A DNA stretch of 28,819 nt from a virus (IMGVR_UViG_3300033076_000194:1-28819); one strand, 5' to 3'; shown: positions 7,935 to 15,480, numbered from the stretch's first letter. Numbers and translations are program-made. The notes: generated by a model from the letters alone, not told the origin.

Positions 7935-8256
7935 AGTCAAAAAGAAAATACACGCCACGTTGAAAGAGCATGGTGTGTATGCGGTGAACTACATCGGGGG
8001 ATTGCACGCTAACAACGGCACCCCTGACATCCTTGCCTGTCATAAAGGCAGGTTCATCGGCATCGAAGCCAAGGCAGGTAAGAACAAACCAACAGACCTG
8101 CAAACTCTTAACCTTAAGACTATTGACGAGGCGGGGGGCTTAGCCCTCGTCATCAACGAAACAAATGTGGACACCCTATCCACATACCTGAAGAACATAA
8201 AAGCAGCGGTATCAAACTACACGCTGTACTGCAAGCCATTGGAGGAACCAAAATGA
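7915..8256 (+). CDS. VRR-NUC domain nuclease (Holliday junction resolvase-like)
   Basis: TPEAKVK, GTPDILAC, FIGIEAKAG, PTDLQ, GGLALVIN. Confidence 0.9.
   Translation: MATPEAKVKKKIHATLKEHGVYAVNYIGGLHANNGTPDILACHKGRFIGIEAKAGKNKPTDLQTLNLKTIDEAGGLALVINETNVDTLSTYLKNIKAAVSNYTLYCKPLEEPK
8104..8121. promoter_or_regulatory. 18-bp palindromic site, copy 5 (ACTCTTAACCTTAAGACT), intragenic
   Basis: Consensus match inside the VRR-NUC CDS, encoding TLNLKT. Confidence 0.68.
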
Positions 8257-8819
8257 CTACGCAAAACGAGGAACTAAACTGCTCCGAAGGAGCACGCATG
8301 CTGATTGAACGCATGCAGACACATCCAAAAGACTTTAATCACGATGGTAGGTTTGCACGGATTGTTGACCAGATACTTGGGAAACTTCCAGTTGGGTTCA
8401 GTGACTTATCAGACCGTGATGACACGGCACTGAGCGAAGCCTTTGGCAAATACATACTGGAGCCTAGACTGACTGAGTATGTGGTTGACGAAATCTTTAA
8501 CGGTGACAAGCGCCGTGCGGAAGAACAACAAGCACAATCAGATAGATACGCTCAGTCGTTAGCAGCTAGCATGATGGCTACCAAGAACCAAATGGCTTCG
8601 TCCATTTATAGAGGGGCAGGGACAGCGGCAGCGGTAGGGATGGGGTTCAACGACCCACGAATGTTACTTGCAAACAATACCGCAATACAGCCGGGCCAAA
8701 TGATAGCGGCAAGCAACGCATCAAACACATCAGGTCAGCAATGGTTTGAAGAAGAACGAAAACGTCTGAAAGAAATGACAGACAACACGATTAGGAAACT
8801 AAAAAGGAAATCAAAATGA
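8253..8819 (+). CDS. Hypothetical protein, paralogue A (IERMxxHPxDF family)
   Basis: GGAGG RBS; GARMLIERMQTHPKDF. Confidence 0.8.
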   Translation: MTTQNEELNCSEGARMLIERMQTHPKDFNHDGRFARIVDQILGKLPVGFSDLSDRDDTALSEAFGKYILEPRLTEYVVDEIFNGDKRRAEEQQAQSDRYAQSLAASMMATKNQMASSIYRGAGTAAAVGMGFNDPRMLLANNTAIQPGQMIAASNASNTSGQQWFEEERKRLKEMTDNTIRKLKRKSK

Positions 8820-9196
8820 TGCAATCGATACAAGTAATTATTGAGCGCCTGAAATCACACCCCGAAGATTTCTTTGGGAACATTGATGAAAATAAGTCAC
8901 TCGAAATCAGGACCCCTAAGTTTTACAACATCGCCACTAAGATAGAAAACCTGCTAACGGAAAACCAAGACGGTCAAGTGCATCGTTTATGGTACTTGGA
9001 GCCCGAAGAAAAGGACGCGTTGATTGCTGCGTACAAAGAAGCCCTACGTGCAAGGTTCGAAGCCAGTGTGTTTCACACGTTGCTGAGTAAATATGAAGAG
9101 CCGGTCAATGTAGTAACGATGAAAACACAAGGTAGATACAACATTACTGACCCATGGTCTACGCCGCAGGTCAAACGCGAAGGAGGCCTAGTATGA
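8816..9196 (+). CDS. Hypothetical protein, paralogue B
   Basis: AAGGA RBS; IIERLKSHPEDF and WYLEPEEKDALIAAY. Confidence 0.8.
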   Translation: MMQSIQVIIERLKSHPEDFFGNIDENKSLEIRTPKFYNIATKIENLLTENQDGQVHRLWYLEPEEKDALIAAYKEALRARFEASVFHTLLSKYEEPVNVVTMKTQGRYNITDPWSTPQVKREGGLV

Positions 9197-9585
9197 GCGA
9201 AGAACTTTGCGACGGCGTCAAGATGCTGATCGAACGCATGCAGAATAACCCTGAGGATTTTGAGTACGACGGCAGGCTGTATGGGTATCGCAACACAATA
9301 GAAGAGGTTTTGAGCAACCCGCCTTCGCACCAACCGATGTGGTATTTAAATGAGACCGAGAAGCAGGCGTTGATTGACGCGTACAGAGAGATGCACAAAC
9401 AGATCTTCACTGCCGGTGTGGTGCAAGCTATCCTAAACCCACCCGAATACGACATCAACATGGACAGACCGTACAAAAGCCCAAGTTCGATGATAGCGTC
9501 TGCCAGTATGATAAAACAAGCCAAAAAAATACTCAACGAACAGTTTGAAAAAGAATATGCCAAAAGTAATTACACTCGACCTTGA
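9193..9585 (+). CDS. Hypothetical protein, paralogue C
   Basis: AGGAGG RBS, ATG 9193; GVKMLIERMQNNPEDF and WYLNETEKQALIDAY. Confidence 0.8.
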   Translation: MSEELCDGVKMLIERMQNNPEDFEYDGRLYGYRNTIEEVLSNPPSHQPMWYLNETEKQALIDAYREMHKQIFTAGVVQAILNPPEYDINMDRPYKSPSSMIASASMIKQAKKILNEQFEKEYAKSNYTRP

Positions 9586-11458
9586 ATGCTATTACTCAAC
9601 TGAGTATTCCCTGACCAAGATTCCTACCGAGGAGTATGTGCGGTCGCCTCAGTTTGAGATGATTGGCATTGCAATTAAGCATGGTGGTCTGCCCACCATG
9701 TGGGTTGAGAAGCCTCAGGTCAAAGACGCACTTGCGGCTATCGATTGGTCTGATGCGATGGTCGTATGTCAGAACACTGCGTTCGATGGCGCGGTGCTTA
9801 GCTGGCTGTATGGCGTAAAGCCTTTGGCTTGGTTTGACACACTCGGTATGTCACGAGCGTTGTTCCCACACGAGAAGGCACACGGCTTAGCCAAGCAAGC
9901 TGAACGCATGGGTATCGGAGCCAAGGGTGACGAGGTGTTGCATGCCAAGGGCAAACACTACGCTGACTTTACGGCAGAGGAGTTAGCACGCTATGGCGAG
10001 TACTGCATCAACGACACGGAGTTGACCTACACGCTGTTCAACAAATACATGGCAATGGGTTTCCCTAAACAAGAACTCAAACTGATGGACATGACTCTGC
10101 GTATGTTCATTGAGCCTGTGCTTGAGCTTGACAAGCAGTTGTTGGTTGACCACTTGGAAGCAGTCAAGGACGCCAAGGAAGCGCTGATGGAATCCGTGCG
10201 GGACTTTATGTTGAAAGACGCTGACCCTGAGTACGTGCATGCAATCTTCAGTGAGGGTATGGACGGCATCAAGAAGCTTCTGATGTCTAACGATAAGTTC
10301 GCCAAGGTGTTGGAGAACTACGGTGTCGTACCGCCAACCAAGGTCAGCCTGCGCACCGGCAAGTTGGCATGGGCATTTGCAAAGACTGACGAAGAATTCA
10401 AAGCACTAGAGGAGCATCCTGATGAACGAGTACAAATGCTTGTCGCAGCCCGCCTTGGAAACAAGACGACAATTGAAGAGACTCGCACTGAGCGCTTTAT
10501 TGGTATGTCTACTCGAGGCAAGTTTCCTGTACCTCTGCGTTACTACGGTGCCCACTCAGGTCGTTGGTCTGGTCAAGACTCCGTAAACCTGCAGAACCTC
10601 CCATCACGCGGTGCGAACGCAGGCAAGATCAAAAAGGCTATCAAGGCACCGGCAGGGCACGTTGTGATTGACTGCGACTCAGCGCAGATCGAGGCGCGCA
10701 CCTTGGCTTGGTTGGCAGGTCAGCATGACCTTGTGCAAGCGTTCGAGAACAAGCAGGATGTTTACAAACTGATGGCTAGTCAGATTTATCAGATACCGCC
10801 AGAGCAAGTTACGACTGGCCCCGCCAGTCAGCGTCAGGTTGGTAAGACCGTGGTGCTTGGTGCAGGCTATGGAGTTGGACACAGAAAGCTACAGATATTC
10901 CTCAAGCAACAGGCGGGTGTTGAAGTAACCGAGGCTGAGGCAAAACGCATCATCGACGCATACAGGAACACCTACTACAAGATACCTGAGTTGTGGCGTA
11001 GGGCAGACGAGGCGCTGATTGCGTTGCGTACTGGCAACGGCTTGCAGGTGGACGAGCAGGGGCTTATCAGGGCTGTGCCGGGTAAGGGCTTGACGCTCCC
11101 AAGCGGGTTGTTCATTCAGTACCCCGAGCTTGCCAAGGTGACGGACACCAAAACCAACAAAGACCAGTGGCGGTATATCTCTAAGGGATTACCCGTATAC
11201 ATCTACGGCGGAAAGGTCGTGGAGAACATCTGTCAGGCTGTGGCACGGCAGGTCGTTGGGGAGCAGATGCTGAGAATCGGCAAGAAGTACAAGGTTGTCT
11301 TGACAGTTCATGACGCCGTGGCTTGCATCGCACCGACTGAAGAGAAAGAAGAAGCACAACGATACGTAGAGGAGTGCATGTCATGGAGACCAAAGTGGGC
11401 ACAAACTTTACCGCTAGCCTGCGAGTCAGGCGTAGGGGCTTCCTATGGGGACTGTTGA
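9557..11458 (+). CDS. Phage DNA polymerase family A with 3'-5' exonuclease domain
   Basis: ExoI LDLE, ExoII NTAFD, ExoIII YCIND; SGRWS, NLQNLP, motif A DSAQIEAR, motif B RQVGKTVVLGAGYG, motif C VHDA; probable start ATG 9557. Confidence 0.95.
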   Translation: MPKVITLDLECYYSTEYSLTKIPTEEYVRSPQFEMIGIAIKHGGLPTMWVEKPQVKDALAAIDWSDAMVVCQNTAFDGAVLSWLYGVKPLAWFDTLGMSRALFPHEKAHGLAKQAERMGIGAKGDEVLHAKGKHYADFTAEELARYGEYCINDTELTYTLFNKYMAMGFPKQELKLMDMTLRMFIEPVLELDKQLLVDHLEAVKDAKEALMESVRDFMLKDADPEYVHAIFSEGMDGIKKLLMSNDKFAKVLENYGVVPPTKVSLRTGKLAWAFAKTDEEFKALEEHPDERVQMLVAARLGNKTTIEETRTERFIGMSTRGKFPVPLRYYGAHSGRWSGQDSVNLQNLPSRGANAGKIKKAIKAPAGHVVIDCDSAQIEARTLAWLAGQHDLVQAFENKQDVYKLMASQIYQIPPEQVTTGPASQRQVGKTVVLGAGYGVGHRKLQIFLKQQAGVEVTEAEAKRIIDAYRNTYYKIPELWRRADEALIALRTGNGLQVDEQGLIRAVPGKGLTLPSGLFIQYPELAKVTDTKTNKDQWRYISKGLPVYIYGGKVVENICQAVARQVVGEQMLRIGKKYKVVLTVHDAVACIAPTEEKEEAQRYVEECMSWRPKWAQTLPLACESGVGASYGDC

Positions 11459-11468
11459 TTGGTACACT
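11440..11468 (+). promoter_or_regulatory. Possible extended -10 sigma70 promoter
   Basis: TGg-TACACT (11460-11468) in the intergenic gap; weak -35 TTCCTA at 17-bp spacing. Confidence 0.35.
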
Positions 11469-11499
11469 AGGGCTTGCAAAAACAAACCCAGTTCTTTCC

Positions 11500-12165
11500 A
11501 TGACGCTAGCCCATTCCTACTCAGGCATCAAAGACTACGAAGGCTGTCCACGCAGATACCACGAAGTTAAGATACTAAAAAAGTTCAAATCAAAAGACAC
11601 AGAAGCGACCATGTACGGCACTGCCGTGCACAAGGCGTTCGAAGAATACATCCGTGATAAGACACCACTTCCAGAGAGTTTTGCACATTACAAGCCATTC
11701 GTGGAACCCCTTGCCAACTTCAAAGGCGACGTCCGTTGCGAAGAGAAACTTGGCATCCGTGCAAACTTCACCCCCTGCGGATTCTTTGACAAAGACGTAT
11801 GGTTCAGGGGCATCCCAGATTACCTTGCAATCAACCACGAAAAAGGCATTGCACGTGTAGCCGACTATAAGACCGGCAAGTCAAGCCGGTACGCAGACAG
11901 CGCTCAGTTAGAACTAATGGCAGCAATGGTGATGATCCACCACCCTGACGTACATACCGTCAAGGGCGCACTGTTGTTTGTTGTAGTTGGCGACATCATC
12001 AAGTCTGAGTACACTCGACAACAGTTGCCTGAAATCCTGTCTAAATGGGCTGGCAGGGCTAGTGCAATCGAAGCAGCCGTAGTGCATGGGGTATGGAACC
12101 CCAAGAGTTCTGCGCTGTGCAAATTCTGCCCAGTTACTACTTGTGAGAATCACAATGGCCACTAA
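11500..12165 (+). CDS. Cas4-like PD-(D/E)XK exonuclease
   Basis: SYS..KDYEGCPRRY, GTAVH, RGIPD, DYKTGK, QL, C-terminal CKFCPVTTC (four-Cys Fe-S arrangement); probable start ATG 11500. Confidence 0.9.
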   Translation: MTLAHSYSGIKDYEGCPRRYHEVKILKKFKSKDTEATMYGTAVHKAFEEYIRDKTPLPESFAHYKPFVEPLANFKGDVRCEEKLGIRANFTPCGFFDKDVWFRGIPDYLAINHEKGIARVADYKTGKSSRYADSAQLELMAAMVMIHHPDVHTVKGALLFVVVGDIIKSEYTRQQLPEILSKWAGRASAIEAAVVHGVWNPKSSALCKFCPVTTCENHNGH

Positions 12166-12439
12166 ACGCAATTACAAGCTTGAGTACGAACGGTATCAGG
12201 GCACGCCTAAACAGTTGGCAGCCCAGTCAGAGAGACACAAAGCAAGACGTGCCTACGAGAAGGCACACGGCGATCTGCCACCTGATGTGGACGTTGACCA
12301 CAAGAAGGCTTTATCCAAGGGCGGTAAGTCTACGCTAAGCAATCTCCGTGCCGCACCCCAGTCGGAAAACACCAGTTTTTCCCGCACAAAAACAGGTGCA
12401 ATGAAGTCGCAAATTTCCAAGCGCGAACGCAAAAAATAA
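12155..12439 (+). CDS. Small HNH endonuclease-like protein
   Basis: DVDHKKALSKGG...SNLR....SEN; probable start ATG 12155. Confidence 0.85.
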   Translation: MATKRNYKLEYERYQGTPKQLAAQSERHKARRAYEKAHGDLPPDVDVDHKKALSKGGKSTLSNLRAAPQSENTSFSRTKTGAMKSQISKRERKK

Positions 12440-12445
12440 TGTAAG

Positions 12446-12539
12446 ATGAAATCACTCGGTGAGCAGTTGCTGGGTTGTTTCATTTGGTTCCTTTCTCCTT
12501 TTAGGGTTTGCCCAGTAGCAGTGCTACTGGGCTATTTTT
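12446..12539 (+). ncRNA. Candidate small RNA: 5' hairpin, anti-RBS tract, intrinsic terminator
   Basis: Hairpin 12446-12483; CATTTGGTTCCTTTCTCCTTTT at 12481-12502; terminator at 12510-12539. Confidence 0.45.
12510..12539 (+). terminator. Rho-independent terminator
   Basis: GCCCAGTAGC-AGT-GCTACTGGGC perfect 10-bp stem followed by TATTTTT. Confidence 0.75.
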
Positions 12540-12562
12540 GTCACTTCTATTCAAAATTTATC

Positions 12563-14113
12563 ATGCAAATTGTCGAGAACAAGGCGTTGCTGTTCAATAC
12601 ACGCAAGGCCGATCAGATCACGGCGCTCATACCAAAGAGCAAAGTTATCGGTAGCAACGGAGATGTCGATCAAGTTCTAGTTCACTGGGACTTTGACGAA
12701 GTGCAATTGCTACGCAATCTAGGTATCCGTGAGGTGCCTAGTCCCATTTTGGGACGTTACAAGTGGCCCGGCATGTTCACGCCGTTTGATCACCAACGAA
12801 CCACAGCAGAATTTCTTACCCTCCATCCACGTTGCTTTGTGTTTAACGAAGCGGGTACAGGCAAAACAGGTGCAGCGGCATGGGCGGCTGACTACCTAAT
12901 GACGCAGGGTAAAGTTAAGCGCGTGCTTGTTGTGTGCCCAGTGTCCATCATGGACACCGCATGGCGTTCGGATTTATTCAAGACAGTTATGCACCGCACC
13001 GTTGCGATCGCGCAGGGATCACGCACACAAAGACAGAAGGTCATCCAAGGCGACTACGAGTTTGTCATCATTAACTTCGACGGCGTGAAGGTTGTCAATG
13101 CAGAGTTAGAAGCTGGTGGGTTTGATCTCATCATCGTGGACGAGGCAAATGCCGTGAAGAGCATATCCACTGACCGCTGGAAGTGCCTTGCGAAACTTAT
13201 CAAACCTACTACGCGTTTGTGGTTGATGACGGGTACACCTGCGTCGCAGTCTCCGCTTGACGCGTACGGCTTGGCTAAGCTTGTTGCGCCCGATAGAGTG
13301 CCTAGATTCTTCGGTGCGTTTAGAGACAAGGTGATGCTCAAGATCACGCAGTACAAGTGGGTGCCAAAACAAGACGCACAACAAACAGTTCACCAAGTGT
13401 TGCAGCCTGCCATTAGATTTACAAAAGAAGAATGTTTGGACTTACCGGACTTACTGTATTCGACACGCGAGGTTCCGTTGACTGCGCAGCAGGCTAAGTA
13501 CTATGACGCTTTAAAGAAGCAAATGATGACCATCGCTGCCGGTTCCGAAATCACAGCCGTAAACGCAGCAGCCATGCTGAATAAACTTTTGCAAGTGGCA
13601 CAAGGGGCGGTATATACGGATGATGGCAGCGTGGTTGAGTTCGACGTGTCCAACCGCATGACTGAGTTGCTAAACGTGATCGAGCAAACTGACCATAAGG
13701 TATTGGTGTTTATCCCATACCGGCACACACTTGAGATGGTTGAGAATGCTCTGCTCAAAGAAGGTTACACAGTGCAGACAATTCATGGCGGCGTTGCTTC
13801 TACACGCCGAGCCGACATCATCAAGCAGTTTCAAACGGAAGACGACCCACGCATACTGTTGTTGGTTCCGCAAGCGACTGCGCACGGCATTACGCTTACT
13901 CGTGCAAGTCAAGTGGTCTGGTGGGGTCCAGTAAGCTCCACAGAAATTTATTTGCAAGCTAACTCACGTGCACACCGTGCAGGTCAGACAAACAAAGTTA
14001 CAGTCACGCATTTGCAAGGCAGTCCGGTCGAGCGCCGTATGTACACGATGTTGCAAAATAAAATCGACATGCACCAAAGTTTGGTCGATATGTACAAGCA
14101 GGAGATCGAATGA
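12563..14113 (+). CDS. SNF2-family helicase
   Basis: EAGTGKT, VVCP, IVDEAN, MTGTP, HGITLT and QANSRAHRAGQ; start at MQIVENK because the upstream in-frame extension crosses the hairpins. Confidence 0.93.
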   Translation: MQIVENKALLFNTRKADQITALIPKSKVIGSNGDVDQVLVHWDFDEVQLLRNLGIREVPSPILGRYKWPGMFTPFDHQRTTAEFLTLHPRCFVFNEAGTGKTGAAAWAADYLMTQGKVKRVLVVCPVSIMDTAWRSDLFKTVMHRTVAIAQGSRTQRQKVIQGDYEFVIINFDGVKVVNAELEAGGFDLIIVDEANAVKSISTDRWKCLAKLIKPTTRLWLMTGTPASQSPLDAYGLAKLVAPDRVPRFFGAFRDKVMLKITQYKWVPKQDAQQTVHQVLQPAIRFTKEECLDLPDLLYSTREVPLTAQQAKYYDALKKQMMTIAAGSEITAVNAAAMLNKLLQVAQGAVYTDDGSVVEFDVSNRMTELLNVIEQTDHKVLVFIPYRHTLEMVENALLKEGYTVQTIHGGVASTRRADIIKQFQTEDDPRILLLVPQATAHGITLTRASQVVWWGPVSSTEIYLQANSRAHRAGQTNKVTVTHLQGSPVERRMYTMLQNKIDMHQSLVDMYKQEIE

Positions 14114-14505
14114 AAACAAAATGGTTAGACCGCAGCTTGCTGATGGGTGGACACTTAGCGTTGGTGACAAACCAAGCTGAATACAAACGCGCTTTGAAAG
14201 ATCTTAATTGCGAAGCGGACGATAGATTTGTTACTGAAGGGTCATACGCATCCACACATTGCTTACGTAACACTGACGGGTCGATTGCACACATTGTTGG
14301 TATTGACAAAGAACGCGCCAAAGATTATGGAAGCATCGACGTCGCTGCGTTACTTGTACATGAAGCCGTGCACGTTTGGCAGAATACGGAAAGCGAGGCC
14401 GGCCCTATGGGATGCTTTGGGACAGAAGGCGAAGCTTATGCAATCCAATGTATATCGCTTACCCTAATGCGCGAATACGCAAAACGCCTTGACACACAAA
14501 TTTGA
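14110..14505 (+). CDS. Small zincin-like metallopeptidase
   Basis: LLVHEAVHVWQ (HExxH) with downstream EGEAY; AGGAG RBS. Confidence 0.75.
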   Translation: MKTKWLDRSLLMGGHLALVTNQAEYKRALKDLNCEADDRFVTEGSYASTHCLRNTDGSIAHIVGIDKERAKDYGSIDVAALLVHEAVHVWQNTESEAGPMGCFGTEGEAYAIQCISLTLMREYAKRLDTQI

Positions 14506-14516
14506 CAGTGTATAAT
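14489..14516 (+). promoter_or_regulatory. Consensus sigma70 promoter
   Basis: TTGACA (14489-14494), 16-bp spacer, TATAAT (14511-14516). Confidence 0.85.
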
Positions 14517-14527
14517 TTCTAAAAAAC

Positions 14528-14587
14528 GGGGGGAAAGCCGTGCAAAGTTTTTCGAAACTTGCGGACGGGCGGTTAGTACCTCCACCA
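14528..14587 (+). ncRNA. Candidate structured RNA with tRNA-Ala-like acceptor end and loop E/sarcin-ricin motif
   Basis: GGGGG/CCTCC + ACCA; GAA/AGTA internal loop; AGCCG/CGGTT helix; UUCG-capped hairpin; directly downstream of the promoter. Confidence 0.6.
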
Positions 14588-14616
14588 ATTTGTTCAACGT
14601 AAGTAAAGGAAATCAA

Positions 14617-14835
14617 ATGGAAGATAATAGATTTTGGATCAGACTCTGGGGTATCACTGCCACAGTGCTTGTGTGCTTTGTAGGTGCGTGCACTTACTCT
14701 GGGCATGACAAACGCGACAAGTGGGAGAAGGCCGTGTCCAACGGTGCCGACCCTATGGTGACTGCTTGTGCACTCTTTAACCAAGAAACTGTCGAGCAAG
14801 CTACATGCTTGTTGTTGGCACAGAACCGCAAATAA
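14617..14835 (+). CDS. Small membrane protein, possibly a lipoprotein
   Basis: AAAGGA RBS, ATG 14617; hydrophobic FWIRLWGITATVLVCFVGAC. Confidence 0.75.
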   Translation: MEDNRFWIRLWGITATVLVCFVGACTYSGHDKRDKWEKAVSNGADPMVTACALFNQETVEQATCLLLAQNRK

Positions 14836-14844
14836 GGAGTCATC

Positions 14845-15081
14845 ATGAGCGCAGAAACAGACGTAGCATTGATGATGGAGTTGGAAGGCAAGATCAACCA
14901 ACGTATTACAGACGTAGTGTACGAAGCCATGACGGGGGTTAAGCCAACAACACCTGCCACTACTTCCAATATTCAGTACGCGATGGCCCAAGGCATTAAA
15001 AACAGTTTGCTAAACGACCCCAGTTTCGTTATGGAGCTAGCCAAACGCATTGGCCAAAAGATGCAGAACATTCAGTATTGA
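14845..15081 (+). CDS. Hypothetical protein, 78 aa
   Basis: TAAGGAG RBS; predicted helical. Confidence 0.8.
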   Translation: MSAETDVALMMELEGKINQRITDVVYEAMTGVKPTTPATTSNIQYAMAQGIKNSLLNDPSFVMELAKRIGQKMQNIQY

Positions 15082-15090
15082 GGTGACATC

Positions 15091-15480
15091 ATGGACGCAA
15101 GCCAATTAGTCAAGGTGTACATTAAAATACGTGACGCCAAAGAAACACGAAAGAAGCAAATGGAAGCTGAAATTGCTGACCTCGATCAGCAGTTGGATGC
15201 CGTAGAACAAGAGCTTCTGGAAATCTGCAAGACCACCGGACAAGACGGTGGCAAAACACAATTCGGATCGTTCACACGTTCCGTCAAGACACGCTACTGG
15301 ACCAGTGACTGGGACAGTATGTACAAATTCATCCGTGAGCATGATGCCCCTGACCTCCTCGAACGACGTATTGCACAAGGTAACTTTGCGCAGTTCATCC
15401 AAGAGAACCCAGACAAAATGCCTGCTGGTGTGAATATCGAGTCCAAGTACTCGATCACGGTTCGCCGTTCATCCAAGTAA
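15091..15480 (+). CDS. Conserved-type phage replication-module protein (coiled coil + beta domain; Gam/Gp157-like fold possible)
   Basis: GAGGT RBS; YIKIRD, coiled coil, KTQFGSF, DWDSMYKFI, LLERRI, PAGV; family call uncertain. Confidence 0.7.
   Translation: MDASQLVKVYIKIRDAKETRKKQMEAEIADLDQQLDAVEQELLEICKTTGQDGGKTQFGSFTRSVKTRYWTSDWDSMYKFIREHDAPDLLERRIAQGNFAQFIQENPDKMPAGVNIESKYSITVRRSSK

Noticed and set aside
841-8121. Palindromes as CRISPR repeats or IS terminal repeats
   Set aside because: kb-scale spacing with intact genes between, two copies intragenic, and no transposase or target duplications
9557-11458. Modified-base (e.g. DpoZ-type) polymerase system
   Set aside because: No purZ, datZ or other base-modification genes in the window
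11374-11499. N-terminal extension of the exonuclease in the ORF track
   Set aside because: Overlaps the polymerase 3' end; the family motif begins right after ATG 11500
11500-12165. Cas4-like gene as evidence of CRISPR-Cas
   Set aside because: No repeat-spacer array or other cas genes; stand-alone Cas4-like exonucleases are common in phage replication modules
12446-12562. 39-aa N-terminal extension of the helicase in the ORF track
   Set aside because: Runs through two hairpins and a terminator; the helicase-like sequence starts at ATG 12563
14502-14507. Second TTGACA as a separate promoter
   Set aside because: No -10 element at 16-18 bp spacing downstream
14528-14587. Canonical tRNA or tmRNA gene (ends CTCCACCA)
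   Set aside because: Only 60 nt, with no D arm, TTC-containing T arm at the right position, anticodon arm or tag ORF; kept only as a tRNA-like candidate RNA
14464-14991. 175-aa - strand ORF
   Set aside because: Antisense to a promoter, a structured RNA and two well-supported + strand genes; no RBS or motif
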